A stretch of 53,530 nt of DNA, the filler included, from Sphacelaria rigidula (lineage: Eukaryota): NCBI GenBank assembly GCA_964200075.2. It is 4 parts of 4 records of this genome, joined end to end, with 100 filler letters (N's around TTAATTAATTAA, not from the genome) between each part and the next. Parts side by side here need not be neighbours in the genome. Positions count along the whole stretch, not along the records: positions 1 to 13,311 come from CAXNAA020002976.1; 3 more parts are not named here. One strand, given 5' to 3'. Made by a program: the position numbers and the translations under genes. Every line of letters starts with the position of its first letter. Position 1 is the first letter of the stretch. Under the pieces are notes generated by a model. That model did not search any database. It worked only from the letters and a program-made list of their open reading frames with translations, and was not told where the DNA came from. Below, piece by piece: positions 1 to 12,789 of the stretch.

Positions 1-93
1 TCAGGCTCTGTATGGCCATTTTTTTCGTGACACTTTTAGCTGGTTTTGGGGGGGGGGGCTATCGTAGAAAGTGTCACCTTCTCTTGTATCGTC

Positions 94-1772
94 GACACCC
101 TGGACAATAGATGGCATCTATGCGATAGCAATAGAATCTGCTGCAGTAGATGCCAATATTGTCGTCCGTAATGGCCATCGATTGGCAATTTTCTCTTCCT
201 ATCGTCGTTGGCAATGCCTATCGATAGAACAGTTTCCCACACTTTTGTCCGGGCAGCAGTCTGTTGTGGCCCTCCGACGAAAACTATCACAGCCGACCAA
301 ATGCATGGGTCGATAGCATTACAAATATATTGATGACGGTAATGGCTATCGATAGACCGCGTGCCAAATCTATTGATGACGACGATGGCTTTTGACAAAT
401 TGCTCACCAAAAATATTCATGACGGCAATAGCTATTGATTGAGTGCGTATACATCCATGCATGGCGGCAATGAATAATGATATATACATACCAGAAACTA
501 CTACTGTGGTATACAATGCCTACCGATAGATACTATCTGTCATCCATTGTCATAGCTACATCGCAACATACTACGTATAGAGCATATTATACTCTGTTAA
601 GGGACGGTAGAGGAGACGCAGGTGGACATACAGTGGGTATATAATGACTCTACTTGTCAATATATGACATCACGTTTCTACAGTTTTGTAACGCTCGTAT
701 TTTGTAGGAATCCGCAATATGTGTTCTTTGTCGTCGGTGTGATGTTGGTACTTGTGGTTGTCCCTCTGATGGACATGAGCGCTTACACTATTCTTGTGTG
801 TGGATGAGATGTGCTTATACCCTGGACAATAGACTAGAGTATGTAATAGAACATTGGCGCAGCAATAGCCCCGAAAATTGACTGTCAGTGCTCATTGTCA
901 GACATAACCGACTGGCATAAATGTCTATCTACAGCTATTGTAGGCGACAATAGATTCGGGACAAGGGACGGAATGTATCATTGCCGTGACAATGCAGGGG
1001 CCAAGTTCTCTATCAGTACAATTTATTTCTTGCAATAGGCTCTGAGTTGCGGCCACCAATTTATATTGCTAATCACGATAGGATCTGCCACGCGGCCACC
1101 AATACATATTGTTGGTCACAACGGGATATCAATTGCGCCCACCAATGTCTGTTGAGGGTCACGGTAGAATCTGAATCGCGGCCACTAATATCTACTGCTG
1201 ACCACAAAAGTAACTGAATGGCGTCGATCACTAGCGCTATGTATGCACATATTTCATATCGTTGGCGTCATTGGCCATCGATAGGTACTTCCGAGAACAA
1301 TCGTTGTTGACGGCAAGACCCATATTGATGATACCAAAAAATTCATTGTTGGCAGCAGAGGCTATCAATATAAGGCTCACCAGATCTATTGATAACGGTA
1401 ATAGGTATTGATGAATGGCTCACCCAATCTATTCATGACGGCATTGACTATCGATGGATGGCTCACCAAACCTATTGATAACGGCAATGACTGTCGATAA
1501 ACGGCTCATCAAATCGATTATGGCAATGGCTATCGATCTATACATCCCAATATCTATTGCACTACATGATATCCATCTATGGCGAGCGATATTTATCTAT
1601 TGTTGTTGCCATCGACTATCGATCGACGATTGCAACATCTTCTGTCCCTTGCAATACATATCAATGGATGTGTTTCACCATCTATCGTGTTCGATAATAT
1701 ATATCGATAGGTTTTCCCCCATGCCTTTTGCTGGAGCAATGGATTATTATTGTGTCCATTGTCCAGAGTGTG
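94..1772. mobile_element. Non-autonomous TIR DNA transposon (family A, copy 1)
   Basis: Left end GACACCCTGGACAATAGA vs reverse complement of right end CACACTCTGGACAATGGA. Exact 8-bp flanking duplication GTATCGTC at 86-93 and 1773-1780. Internal TIR-like motif (TATACCCTGGACAAT) at ~816. 43-bp period repeats (GCGGCCACC-like at 1049/1092/1135/1178; GGCTCAY at 1374/1417/1460/1503) and many CTATCGATAG-like palindromes. No credible ORF. Confidence 0.8.
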
Positions 1773-2560
1773 GTATCGTCATCGTCCACGCCCCTTGCAG
1801 TAAGAGTACGCAAACTTTTGAAGCTTGCATACTTTGCACACTACTGCTACACACATAACAAGAAGACTTGCTCTATTTCACGCATGATCGGTTCTTCATG
1901 TTATCTGGAATCGAAGCCTATCCGTTCACGTGCCGATGTTCCTCGATTGGGACCAGTTCTATGCTGGTCACGTGATATTTTCCCTATATCCGTCCAGTTC
2001 AAAGATGGTCGAGTGACATTCGAGACCGGCCAAGAGATGGCCACCGGTCACCAGTGTTACGCTGGCCGATATTTCCGTTCCTTCATACACGTTTGAATTT
2101 CCGCACAATCGTAGATGATGACAAATATTGCCAGTTTTCGGGGCGTACGGTGCACACTTTACACTTCATTCTCCAGGGCAAATTGCACCACGCTGCAAGG
2201 ATCACCAACTGCACAGTGTTGTGTCAGCTTGTACACGCGAAGAAGGCTGGAAGACATGGAATCTCAACAAGTGCACGAATGACGTGATACTGTATCTGCC
2301 TAAATGCAACATACACGTGAAAATATACACCACAAGAGGAGAGTGAGGCTCAGCGGGCTTGCAGTCGTCGGCATGAGCAACATACGACGACACCGCTGTT
2401 GCTAGTACTTCGAAGCATAATATGCCGTCAGCGATCGGTTTGGTCACATCCTCCATGCTTAAACAACGAGTACAGTGTTGATATCCCCTCTCGCAAAGCA
2501 CCTGACGAAGCAACTCTACTTGTCATGTATGGACGTACTTATCAGTGCAGGAACAGCATA

Positions 2561-2738
2561 GCCGGCCGTCTCGGTGCCTCAGTTGGTGACCACAAACCCT
2601 TCTGACATTTGGAACGGTGGGTTCGAATCCCGGCAAAGTCAGCGATATGGGATTATCTCTCACATCATGCCCAACAGCGGAGAGCAACTTCGTGGTGGGT
2701 ACAAAAGTTCGACCCAACGGTTGACGAGGGAACGCGAC
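2561..2738 (+). mobile_element. tRNA-derived SINE, 5' half (interrupted)
   Basis: A-box-like GGTGCCTCAGTTGG and B-box GTTCGAATCC (2621). The body aligns to the reverse complement of the SINE copies at 12092-12439 and 52945-53260. Confidence 0.8.
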
Positions 2739-5700
2739 CACGCACTGAACAGCAGACAATAGACGCTGAAATGGCACCAGGGTCTGCTGCAATAGACGCC
2801 AATATTGTCGACAGTAATGGAAAGTGATCGACGGGTCTCTCTGTCTCTTTTCATCGTTGATGGATTTCGATGGACTCCTTTCCCACCCTATCGCCCGGAC
2901 AGTAATCTCTTGTGGCCCTACAGCGAAAGCTACCGAAGCCGACCAAATATATCGATGGATCGCTTCCCAGATCTGTTAATGACGGCAATGGCTATCGATA
3001 GATCATGGATCAGGTTTATTGACTACGACAAGAGCTTTCGATTGATTCTGTACCAAAACTATTGATGGCGGCGATGCTTATCGGTCGATACATACCAGGA
3101 TCTACCGAGGTACACACTGCCTATCGATGGATACCCCCTGTCATCTATTGCCACACCAGAAATGCAATATACTGTGTATAGAGTATATAGCCCATGAACG
3201 TACGCTAGAGAGGCCGCAGTTGACAATGCTGTGGATAAATATGGTGCTACTATGGACACTTGTAAAATAGTGTCATCACAATTCGACACATGCGGAACGG
3301 TTGTATGTTGTAGGAGTCCCCAACATGTGTGGACAGACGTTTATGGGTTTTCTTGTTGGTGTGGTGTTGGTACTCATGGTTCTCCCTATGACGGACGAGA
3401 CCGCTTACAGGACCGACGTGCGTGGGTGAGATATGCTCACTCCCTGAACAACACACTATGTGCCTATTGATGTCCGTTGTCAGCCACAGTCGACTGACAT
3501 CACTGTCTATCGATGGAACTTGGTGACAACATACTCGGAACAAGGGACAGAACCCATTACTACCACGACAACGTACTAGCCAAGTCGTTTATCGATATAA
3601 GTAAATGAGTCGCGATAGGCTCTAAATTACGTCCAAGCATTCAAAGTTTGCAGGGGGTGGACCTAACGTCCACAACAGCTAGTACCTGCTATGGCTTCGG
3701 GTAGTTATGTGAGTACAATTTGTGTTTAGTGTATTGCCCTTGATGCCGAAAAAACACTGCGGTGGACAAAATATGTATATAACTTTATCACACCCTGCAC
3801 GATACAACATATTTTCAATATATATTAGTCGACCATACCGGAACTCTGAGATATATCGCCGGCGTAATGTATATTGGTACCCTTGGACTGCACACGTATT
3901 GCGCGCCCAATATATATATTGGTACTGTGAGGTTGAACACATATTGTCTCATCAATATATATTGGGGCAGCGCGGGCGACAGCATATTGCACGACCAATA
4001 TATATTAGGGTCGCATTGGTGAGAACATACTGACCGGTCAAATTATATTGGGTCTGCGTCGGTGCCAATATACTGGCTGTTCAATATATATTGGATTTTG
4101 TTATGATGATGTACGCTATAATAAAGATCCAGACGCGATGGATGCCGGAGGCCGTGTAGATTGGGAAAAGCTTTAAAGGGAGCCGCAGAAGTTCGCTTGC
4201 ATTACTACGAAGATTTGTCGAATGCGTTTGACACACACATATATATATATATAATATATATTTATATACTGGTCAGAAAATATGGTGACATAAGAGGCGA
4301 CCCGGTATATATGTCTCCTGATACCTATCTGGCTATCGGTGCGGGGCCGCCCATCCCCTTCCCACAATGCAATTCATACATTTTGGCTAAACATCATGAT
4401 GACAGAAAACGCGGGTCGATATGGGCCTTTTGGTACGTACCCCTGTGGTCACCGGGGCTGTGTTGCTTATACCCTGGACAACACGATATAGCCCAATATG
4501 ATAGCAATACTTTATATTGGAACCAGAGCAAATATTGTCCTTTCAGTATATATTGTGTTGAGACGTCCTCGGAGACATTAAAGCAACAGCATATATTGCT
4601 CGTGCCATGATCATGAAGTAATGTATGACAATATATATTGGACATGCAGTTGCTCCGGGAAAAAACATTCAATGTATACTGTGCATGGAGGCCGTGTATG
4701 TATTGAAGTGTCAATATACATATATATATATATATATCGGTTGGAAGCGATGCGTAGCATGTTGTACCCATAATATATATTGAACGCAAACCATGCAGAA
4801 GTATTGTTTTCCCAATATATATTGCGCACGCTCATCGCATAGCTATTGTGCAGCCAATCTATGTTGAACACCCTGGCGGGGGAATATATCGAGCGATTTC
4901 GGCATGTGGTGACCCATCGTTGAATGGCGCCCGCGAACACAGAACTGCCCACCATTCTAATTCCAATACACTTTCCAACTCACATATTGAAAATCAATAT
5001 ATATATGTATATACAAGTCGCACGGGACCCGGAGCTGCGCCCCGGTCCCGTCCGTCTTTTTCTAGGGTCTCGGTGTTCTTGCCTCACCAAGCTCTCGTGA
5101 GAGTGGATCCACTCTCGAAACGTTCATGCCCGCCGGGAACATTTTGGGACCACCGCGATCGCGCGTCTGTTCGAACGGTCGCGAACGCATGTGTACCCCT
5201 GCACAAAAAAAAACACAAATCCGCTGACTGGGCCCTTACCATTGGCAATGGCCCGAACACTTATCTCCCGGGGCGGGTGCGGAGGAACTTGCACACTAAA
5301 ATCAGCGATAAGTCTCGTGGACGCCTCGTTGCGAAGTATGCTTGACGCTCGTTAGTTCGACATATTCTCTACGTATATATATATATATATTATTGTCCAG
5401 GGTGTGATAAATATGTATGTGAATGTATCATTTCAAATGTTTCACTACTTTTACCGAGTTTACTCTGGCGGCAAGGCATTTTTTCCCGCGCTTTCTTTTG
5501 TAGCGCGCTGATACGGGTGAGCGGTAGATTACCGTTCAGGTTTGAGTATCATCTGATACCTGTGGTGCGTGCTCTGACCACCGACAAGTCGCTCAATCTG
5601 GCCCTTTTTCGCGGGGTGTCAATCCCAAACCACAAGAGCCTTGTCAAGATCATGGAAAAATGAAAACAAGAACCCGAATCACGAATAAAGCCTGTTGAAG

Positions 5701-6803
5701 ATCATGGGAAGCTTCAAACATGATTAGTTTTGGCGGGGTATCTTCTCCCCATGTTTCTTTTTGTCGCGTTCTCGTTCATTTGGGAGCACGAACACACCGG
5801 TTATGCCGCCAATGTCACGAGAGCATGAGAGCAAAGCAGTAGAAAACAATTATACATCACCTTGGCCTTAGTCAGCAGCAAACACAAGATCGTGCAATGG
5901 GCCGTCGGCGACGCGAACAAGGCACGGCAGCACGGCAGCACAGGAATCTTTTGCCGCAAAAACAACCACCCTGTCTCAAAAAAGGCCCGGTGATGTGGGA
6001 GCAACAGTGATGTACAAGGAACATGTCCAGAATGTTCTACGCACTCCAATTTTTCGGGGGTGCCTCCCGCTGTCATGTCTTTGTGGCACGAGAGCTACTT
6101 CTCATTCTGACACCTCAGGAATAACACACACGTCCTACACCGGCGGTTCCGCCGTCAGCCTCCGTCGAAATTCCCATATTCCAGAACGACAGCCGATCAC
6201 ACATGCGATGTTTTGTACCGCGACGATCACTACTGTACATTGAGATACAACAGCCTCCCTCAACCGTGTATTTTCGATTTGTGTCACCTCCGCGAGGCCC
6301 GTACCAATCTCCCGGAGAGGAACCTTATATGCATGTATGATTCCAAGCCTTTTGTTGGCAGCGTTGGCTATCGATAGAATCTACCTGCAACGACCCACTG
6401 TTGACAGTGTGTATTGATGGATACCCCCGTATCTATCGTTGGCGAAGGCCATCGATAGATTTTTCCCACAGTTTTTGGTATTCGGCTATCAATAGGTGGC
6501 TTACCAAATCTACTGATGGCGGCATGGGTGTCGGTAGATGGCTCACCAGATATTATGGTGACGGTCATGGCTATCTACAGCTACACCCCAGATTCTAGTG
6601 CGGTATATAAGATCTATCGATGACCAGTGATCTCGATCTATTACAGTTGCAGAGGGTCATCGATCGACGGTTGCAACGTTTGTTGTATTGTCATCAATAA
6701 ACGCATTTCACCGTATGTTGTCGTCGACTATTTATAATGACATATCCCCCCTGCGCCTGTTTTGTAGGAGTGTAACGTTGTTGCGTCTATTGTAAAGAGC
6801 GTG
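2739..6803. mobile_element. Family A TIR element, copy 2 (diverged, carrying a ~2.7-kb insertion at ~3640-6340)
   Basis: 2750-3630 aligns colinearly with ~100-1050, and 6350-6790 with ~1260-1760. Ends are CACGCACTG..ACAATAGACGC and GCGTCTATTGTAAAGAGCGTG. Flanks AACGCGAC and GAAGGGAT are each 2 mismatches from the SINE sequence AAAGGGAC, i.e. a decayed 8-bp TSD. Confidence 0.7.
3789..5406. mobile_element. Family A-related TIR element (divergent subfamily) nested in copy 2
   Basis: Inverted termini CACACCCTGCACGATA / TATTGTCCAGGGTGTG. Internal TATACCCTGGACAA at ~4468, as in copy 1. CAATATATATTG-like palindromes at 43-bp spacing (3953/3996/4039/4082). No clean TSD seen. Confidence 0.7.
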
Positions 6804-6995
6804 GAAGGGATCGTCGAACCCTCCTCGTGATGGAAAGGAATACAAGCACCCCAAAAGGGAGGTGGAGTACCACATCAAACTTGAAAGATCCTGTATTTAC
6901 CGTCTTCCTGTGTGACCCCGGCTGATGCGCACAGCTATACCGAAGGTATAGCCTTGCGTCCAGAATAGATGGTACTACAACACCAACACACACAC
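6804..6995 (+). mobile_element. tRNA-derived SINE, 3' half with (CA)n tail
   Basis: Contains CCTGTGTGACCCCGGCTG and GCGTCCAGAATAGATGG, shared with the other SINE copies. Resumes where the 2561-2738 piece stops. Confidence 0.75.
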
Positions 6996-9973
6996 CGAGC
7001 CCTAACGTTATCCTCGTACACCATTGCCGGAAACGATAAGGCCATGGGGGAAGACGGAACAACGAGGAATAAATCTCGGAGTTTTTCGTCAAGCTAGGGG
7101 CGCATTCCTCGTCTCGAACGATACCTCCCAGCATGCCCTACTCGTATCCGAAGTATTAATAGCACTATATGTCAGAAAGTACAGCGTTAGTTCTGTGTGA
7201 TTGTGTTACATATTCCAGAATAGAATATGTCCGTTGCGCTTGAACACAAATGAGCATTTGTCGTACCAGCTGTTGGAAACTATCCGTCGTTAGGTTGTCC
7301 CCTGCCGTGGTAGAATCGAGCACGAGTCGTTGGGGGAGGTAGTCGTGGACGTGGGCCAAAGTCGAAGGCCAATAGAGAGTTTCGGAAGATGTTTTTCCAG
7401 CAGAGAGTCAGAGTGCAAAGTGGAAGCTTCGAAAGTTCATAGTGGACGTTCGAAAGTTCATAGCGGAAGCTGATGTGACGTGGCTTGACTTGATTTGTTT
7501 TTGTCGCAGTGATTGGCCGCAGGTTGCCCCGCCAAATGTACGATCGACCATCGTCCACTTCGAGAGTGCATGGGGTGGCACAACACTGACTGCACCGTAC
7601 ACTACGGCACCGTACGCACCATATAATACGCCTTTTCACTACACCTGCAGTACTTCAATCCACTACGGGGCACTACGGGATACTGTAGTGCTATAGTTCT
7701 GTGCGGCGTGGAGTACAGTGCAGTACAGATAGTGTCATACAGAGCCCTGCAACAGTCAGTGCATTGAGATGCTGTGAACTATTATACTGTACAGCGATAC
7801 GGTACAGGAAGTCAGTAGTACGAACAGTAGTACACACAGTACGGTACGAAGCATTTTCAAACAGCAGACCTCGGCCGCATTGCGATGCTTTTTCCAAATG
7901 TCACCCATAACGGTGGTGCAAGACGTTATGATCTCTCACGGGATTGGAATACAGCCAGGTGTAGTATTGCTTGTGCGCTGTAGACTACGAATCGTTCCCA
8001 CCGATCTCTTCCAGCTGAAGCTGGCAAGAATGACGAACTGCACCCAAGGCAACGTGTACCTGTCGAGCATTTGAATTTTCACGCAACACAACCAAGTGGA
8101 TTGCTGATACCATGGCGGCGTCGGTGAGGTCTTCTGATTGCGATGCCAAGCTTTTCTACTTCTTGAATGGCCCATTGTGATGAGTACGGCAGTTTTGATG
8201 GATGATGAATGTCCCGCTTTGCTTGTTAGGGTGTATTGACTTTGGACTGGACGTGACCATCGTGGTGAAGGTGGGCGTGGTTCTTCATCATTCCGCTATG
8301 AACTCTGAGGAGGAACAACGGTTTTCAGGGTGACGTGGTGCAAACGGGACTCTCACTCTGAATAGGTGGCTTTGAAAAATACTTCATAGCGGAAAGTGCA
8401 CCGTTACCGGCTTTATTCCGTTCCATTCTGACTCGAAGATTTGAAGAAATGTTTTCCGAAACTCTCTAATGTCGTTGGTTGTTTCATGCTTCGTCGTTTC
8501 TACTGACTTCACCATGTGTCATTTGAGAGGTGGTATGAAAGCGTGACACTTGATCAGGCGCGACGCCGGTCACGTGAAAGTTGCCGTCCAACAATAACGC
8601 CGTCGACCCACTCTTGCGAAACCATACGGAACCTACACTAAGTCCGGTGTTGGTGTGAACTCGCTGCGCAACAACCGGAAGACTTTGATAGTATAGTACC
8701 GCACGTTACGTGGACCAAATGAACAAGTCGGTAGCCCAAACAACACGATTATCCTACTAGGTCCGCATAACCGACAACCACCAGCAGGGCCGGCAGTGGC
8801 CATATCAGGCTGGCAAGCTGAAATCAACAACTTCATGGCCGTGCAGACGCTCGTGGTTGAACACATGACATATCCATACGTCGGACAAGTCAAGTCAGGT
8901 TGACTCTAGCTAGTTCGCTCTTTTCCTCGAAACTCAATTGGGAGGTATACGAGCTGGGCCAGCGTTAAAACGGATTTAAGCTCTAAAAGAAATATCTCAT
9001 CGACACAGACGGGTTGGGCCGTGATCCGCATTTTGTATTAACCGTCTAACCAAGGGGAAGGTGCCCATCTGCTCAAAAGTTTGGGCCCATATTTCTCGTT
9101 GATTCAACCCCATGTCCAGTAATTCCTATCCCTAACGGAGATAGCGTCCATACTCAACTCTCTATGAACCCCCGATCGATGTATTCAGCGGATGACGACG
9201 AATTGTGGTGTGGACATACCCTGGAGCACGGGGAGACGATGAATATCCTCACCTTCACTTAATTCGTATTCTATCCCGAGATATGGCGCACATAAGGTTT
9301 CATACTAAAATCAATATACTACGACCAGAGCACTAGATGACCTGAATCTGGATATCGTGGCTCAGGTTTTGAGAGTTTTTCTATAAACTTTCTTGTGTTG
9401 AACCGCTAGTGAATAAAAAAAAAAGATGAAACAGCTTGTTGCCTGTTTCATTGTTTTGTTGTCATTTTTTCCCCATTTTTTTGTGTTTTTAGTGGAGTTT
9501 TGCGGAGAAATGAACATTAATCTCGGGCCTTATGTAAATGTTTGAGCCCAACTTTCAGAATTGTGATTTGAAAGTTAGCATGGAGACCCACAAAAGTGCG
9601 CCGAATGAAAAAAAACAAAATGGGCCCTCATTTTTTGTTTCACAGAGGTTAAAGCGTTCTGGTGAAGAAATGGTCTTTACCATCCTAGAACGCCCTAAAC
9701 CAGTGACAACAATGTTTGAAAAAAAAGGACCCACTGAGTTTTGATAATTGTGCCTGAGGAAGCGCCAACACACCATTTCAATACACGAAAAACAAACGTG
9801 GGCCGTTGAGTGCCTGCGAAAATCTGTTCCGAATTTCTACCGACCCGAGTTTTCAAAGGCCGCCGCTCAGCCCAATATTTAGAGTTGGAGCGTCAAATTT
9901 GGTATGGACAATGCATAGGGCATGAGAAAAAAAATACGTCGGTACCATTAATTTTGTTTTTTTCATGAGTTAA

Positions 9974-11116
9974 CCCTTTTGGGACCGGACCCCCACCAAC
10001 ACAGGGTTGACCCTGTGTTAGTAGAAGAATGAAAATAAGTCTTCGAGCAACCTGCCCAATCATGGCGAGGCGAAATTTATCGACCAGACTCGAACGACCA
10101 GCGCGGGGGTTGTTCCCGCGTGTGATGCCACCGCAAAGATCGTGTGGGGGCCCTCTCCCTGGCCCAGATAAGCCTCCCTAGGTTTCCAAGTGCAAGGTGG
10201 TCGCAGCTTGTTTTTATGGTATTACTTGCACTCAGTATAGCGTTTCCGAGTTTTTCCGGAGTGTTTTTTGGGTCCCAATTCTATACTGAAACGCAGTACT
10301 TTATACCAACACAGGGTGGACCGGAAAATACCGGGAAGGAGTGTACATGCTACAATGTGGTGATTTTCACGAGGCACTAAACCCAGTTGGGCCGTGGAAA
10401 GACAAAACGAGCTACCGTAATGAACTCTGCCTTAACCCTTGGACAGCGAGAGTAGGTCACCTGTTGAATCGGCATGAATTTCAATTGAAAACAGTAAGCA
10501 CGATTCGGATAGACTACCCTCGCTGTCAAAGGGTTAACCTCTGCCGATGAGTTGCAGTGTGCAGTCAACATGACGTTGTATGTAGTGGGTGGGGATGAAG
10601 AAGCGGTATTTAGGTAGTTGATATGGGTAGCTGAGAACTGCCCATAACGTGCAAGGGAGTATGCAGCGGCTGCTGCTGCGGCAGTCGGGGAGGCGTACTG
10701 CACTGTACTTATACTGTATGTATCAGCGCCGTAAAGCTGATATACCCTTCGAAGAGAATTTGCCGCATGCAACAAAAGGGGAAATGGCGGCCCACCCCGA
10801 CCACAAAGGGCTGTGTGGCAAGGTGATGGGGACAAAAATACCATCCAAACATCCAAAGCCTGAGTGGCGGGCGCCCCGCCGGTCGCCGTATCCTGTTGGG
10901 AGCTCTCTACCGCGACCCATACTGCTTGCTACATCAGATGTACACAACCTAATGCACACCCTGCACCTGAAAATAGATTGGATGAAACTTCCGGTCTTCG
11001 TCATAATCCTGCGGTTACATACGCGGGTTTTCACACGCCACTGTTTCGTGCAGACGCCAGACACGTCATTCCTCACCAGCCTCATTGATCGTTATGAAGG
11101 CCTGGTCCCAAAAGGG
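9974..11116. mobile_element. piggyBac-type non-autonomous element
   Basis: TTAA|CCCTTTTGGGACCGG ... CCTGGTCCCAAAAGGG|TTAA: TTAA target duplication and CCCT/AGGG termini. No transposase ORF. Confidence 0.85.
10436..10533. mobile_element. 98-bp piggyBac-type mini-MITE nested in the 9974-11116 element
   Basis: TTAA|CCCTTGGACAGCGAGAGTAG ... CTACCCTCGCTGTCAAAGGG|TTAA (20-bp TIR, 2 mismatches). Confidence 0.8.
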
Positions 11117-12091
11117 TTAAGGGCATGATTCAGTTTTCAGGTACCAGTAAAATGCCCTCGACTCATTGAACAAAACAAAAAATCGTACCGACATATACTT
11201 TTTTCTTCATGCCTTATGCCTTGTACATACCAAATTTTACGCTTCAACTCTGAACGTTGGGAAGATTTAGTACCCTCCCTCCCCACCCGAAAGGCTCCAG
11301 GATTCAAAAAAGGGGCATAGGGTCTCGGGTTGTTTTTTTGGGTACTCTCGGATGACCTTCAAATCCCATTCAAAGCGGTGAGCGATTCGAAAACCATTCA
11401 TCTGCAGACTCTCCGTGAGGAGAGGATGATACAAACAAGCCGAGGCTGGCAACACGCGGAGATAAGAACGCAAGATGATTGACGTCCGGACCCACAAGCA
11501 CGCATGCAGGTAAATTACAAGTCATGCTGTACTTTGTATTTTGTGGTCGCGGATTACCGTTTGTGTGCTATTTTTTATTCCATGTGTATGTCGTGCTGTG
11601 AAACGACAAACCTGGCATATATCTGCAATATCACTTCAAGGTGTAGTGACCACGAGGACTGTACTGTAGTGTCTGTACCTGTACTGTTGTCAGGTGCAGA
11701 CTGCAATCCTCTTGCCATTTTGTTCGTAATCATGTCAGCATCTTTGTTTTCAACGAACCGTACAAAAAATGGAATAAACATAGCCGGTAACGGCATACTT
11801 CTGCAAATAAGCTGGATAAACTGGAGTCCTCATCAACAGTTCCAGTTGAAGTCCAGTTCCAATTAAAATGCCAGCACAAACTGGTCCAGTTCACAGCCCT
11901 GGTCATTGTAGTTGTCCGACGTCTATCCAAGTGCAGCATGTGCAAACTCGTAACTAGAAAAGGATTGCGTTCATTTGGGAAACAACGGACCAGCCTAACA
12001 AAAAGGTTTCTTCTCTCGGCTCGTGTTGTATTACGCGGTAGCCATCACTACATACAACAGACAGCACTGAAAGCTGCAGAAAGCAGTGTTG

Positions 12092-12439
12092 TGTGTGTGT
12101 GCGTGGTCGTCCCATCTATTGTGGACGCCAGTTTACCGTTTCGAGGATATGTGAGCGCACCAGCCAAGATCACACAGGAGGGAGGTCTGCACAGAAGTTT
12201 TTTTTTTTGTATCTCACCTTTCTTCTACGGTGCTTGCTTTTTTCTTTATCGCGAGAGGGGTCCAGCAGTCCCTTTCCCTCGTCGATCGTTAAGCCGTTGT
12301 TTGTGTACCCACGACATAGTCGCTCTCCACTGTTGGGCATGGTGTGACAAAAAATCCCAGATAAGTCCGAGAATTGAACCCACGGCCCAACTGTCAGAAG
12401 GTATTGAGGATATCAACTGAGCCACCGACGCAACCGGTT
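12092..12439 (-). mobile_element. Full-length tRNA-derived SINE
   Basis: Minus-strand tRNA-like head (GGTGGCTCAGTTGA...GGGTTCAATTCTC), shared body and (CA)n tail. Flanked by the direct repeat CAGTGTTG at 12084-12091 and 12440-12447 (TSD). Confidence 0.85.
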
Positions 12440-12789
12440 CAGTGTTGATGCTAGTAATCGTACTACTGTACTGTAGAAGTATCAGATACAGCGTGACGAT
12501 GGATAACACCCTCTTCGCCCGTCGGAGATCAGTTCTCTAGTCTCGGTTTTCTTGGGGATCAGGGCCCCACATTTATTCACATCAAGTATCAGACGAGATC
12601 GAAGAAATGTCTTCGACAGTCCATCCTATTATGACGTAGACGTCGCGATTCGAGACAGCAATAAATCAACAATTGATCCACTGATGGTATTATACCCGAA
12701 ACGTGCTGGACTACCAGGACGAAGAGAAGCGGCGAAGCTTAGATGAATCTCACCTTCGTAGGAAGTCCAGCTGGGAAAAAAACGACAAA

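Larger units (their letters stand above)
9871..11261. repeat. ~100-bp diverged inverted repeat pair (9871-9970 / 11161-11261) of an older element, split by a piggyBac-type insertion
   Basis: CCCAATATTTAGAGTTGGAGCGTCAAATTTGGTATG...CATGAGT matches the reverse complement of ACTCATTG...CATACCAAATTTTACGCTTCAACTCTGAACGTTGGG. Confidence 0.7.

Noticed and set aside
1040-1540. CRISPR-like regularly spaced repeats
   Set aside because: Units are diverged along their whole length with no unique spacers. They lie inside a TSD-flanked eukaryotic transposon and no cas genes are present.
2561-2635. tRNA gene (also 13241-13311 and 12365-12439)
   Set aside because: A/B boxes are present, but where the flank is visible the head continues into a shared SINE body, and no convincing cloverleaf forms.
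3650-7305. Weak inverted similarity between ~3650-3730 and ~7230-7305 as TIRs of one element
   Set aside because: The match is short and gapped, and it would cross the better-supported nested boundaries at 6803 and 6995. More likely two separate repeat fragments.
7900-8900. Possible retroelement or transposase remnant
   Set aside because: No diagnostic motif found in the frames I translated.
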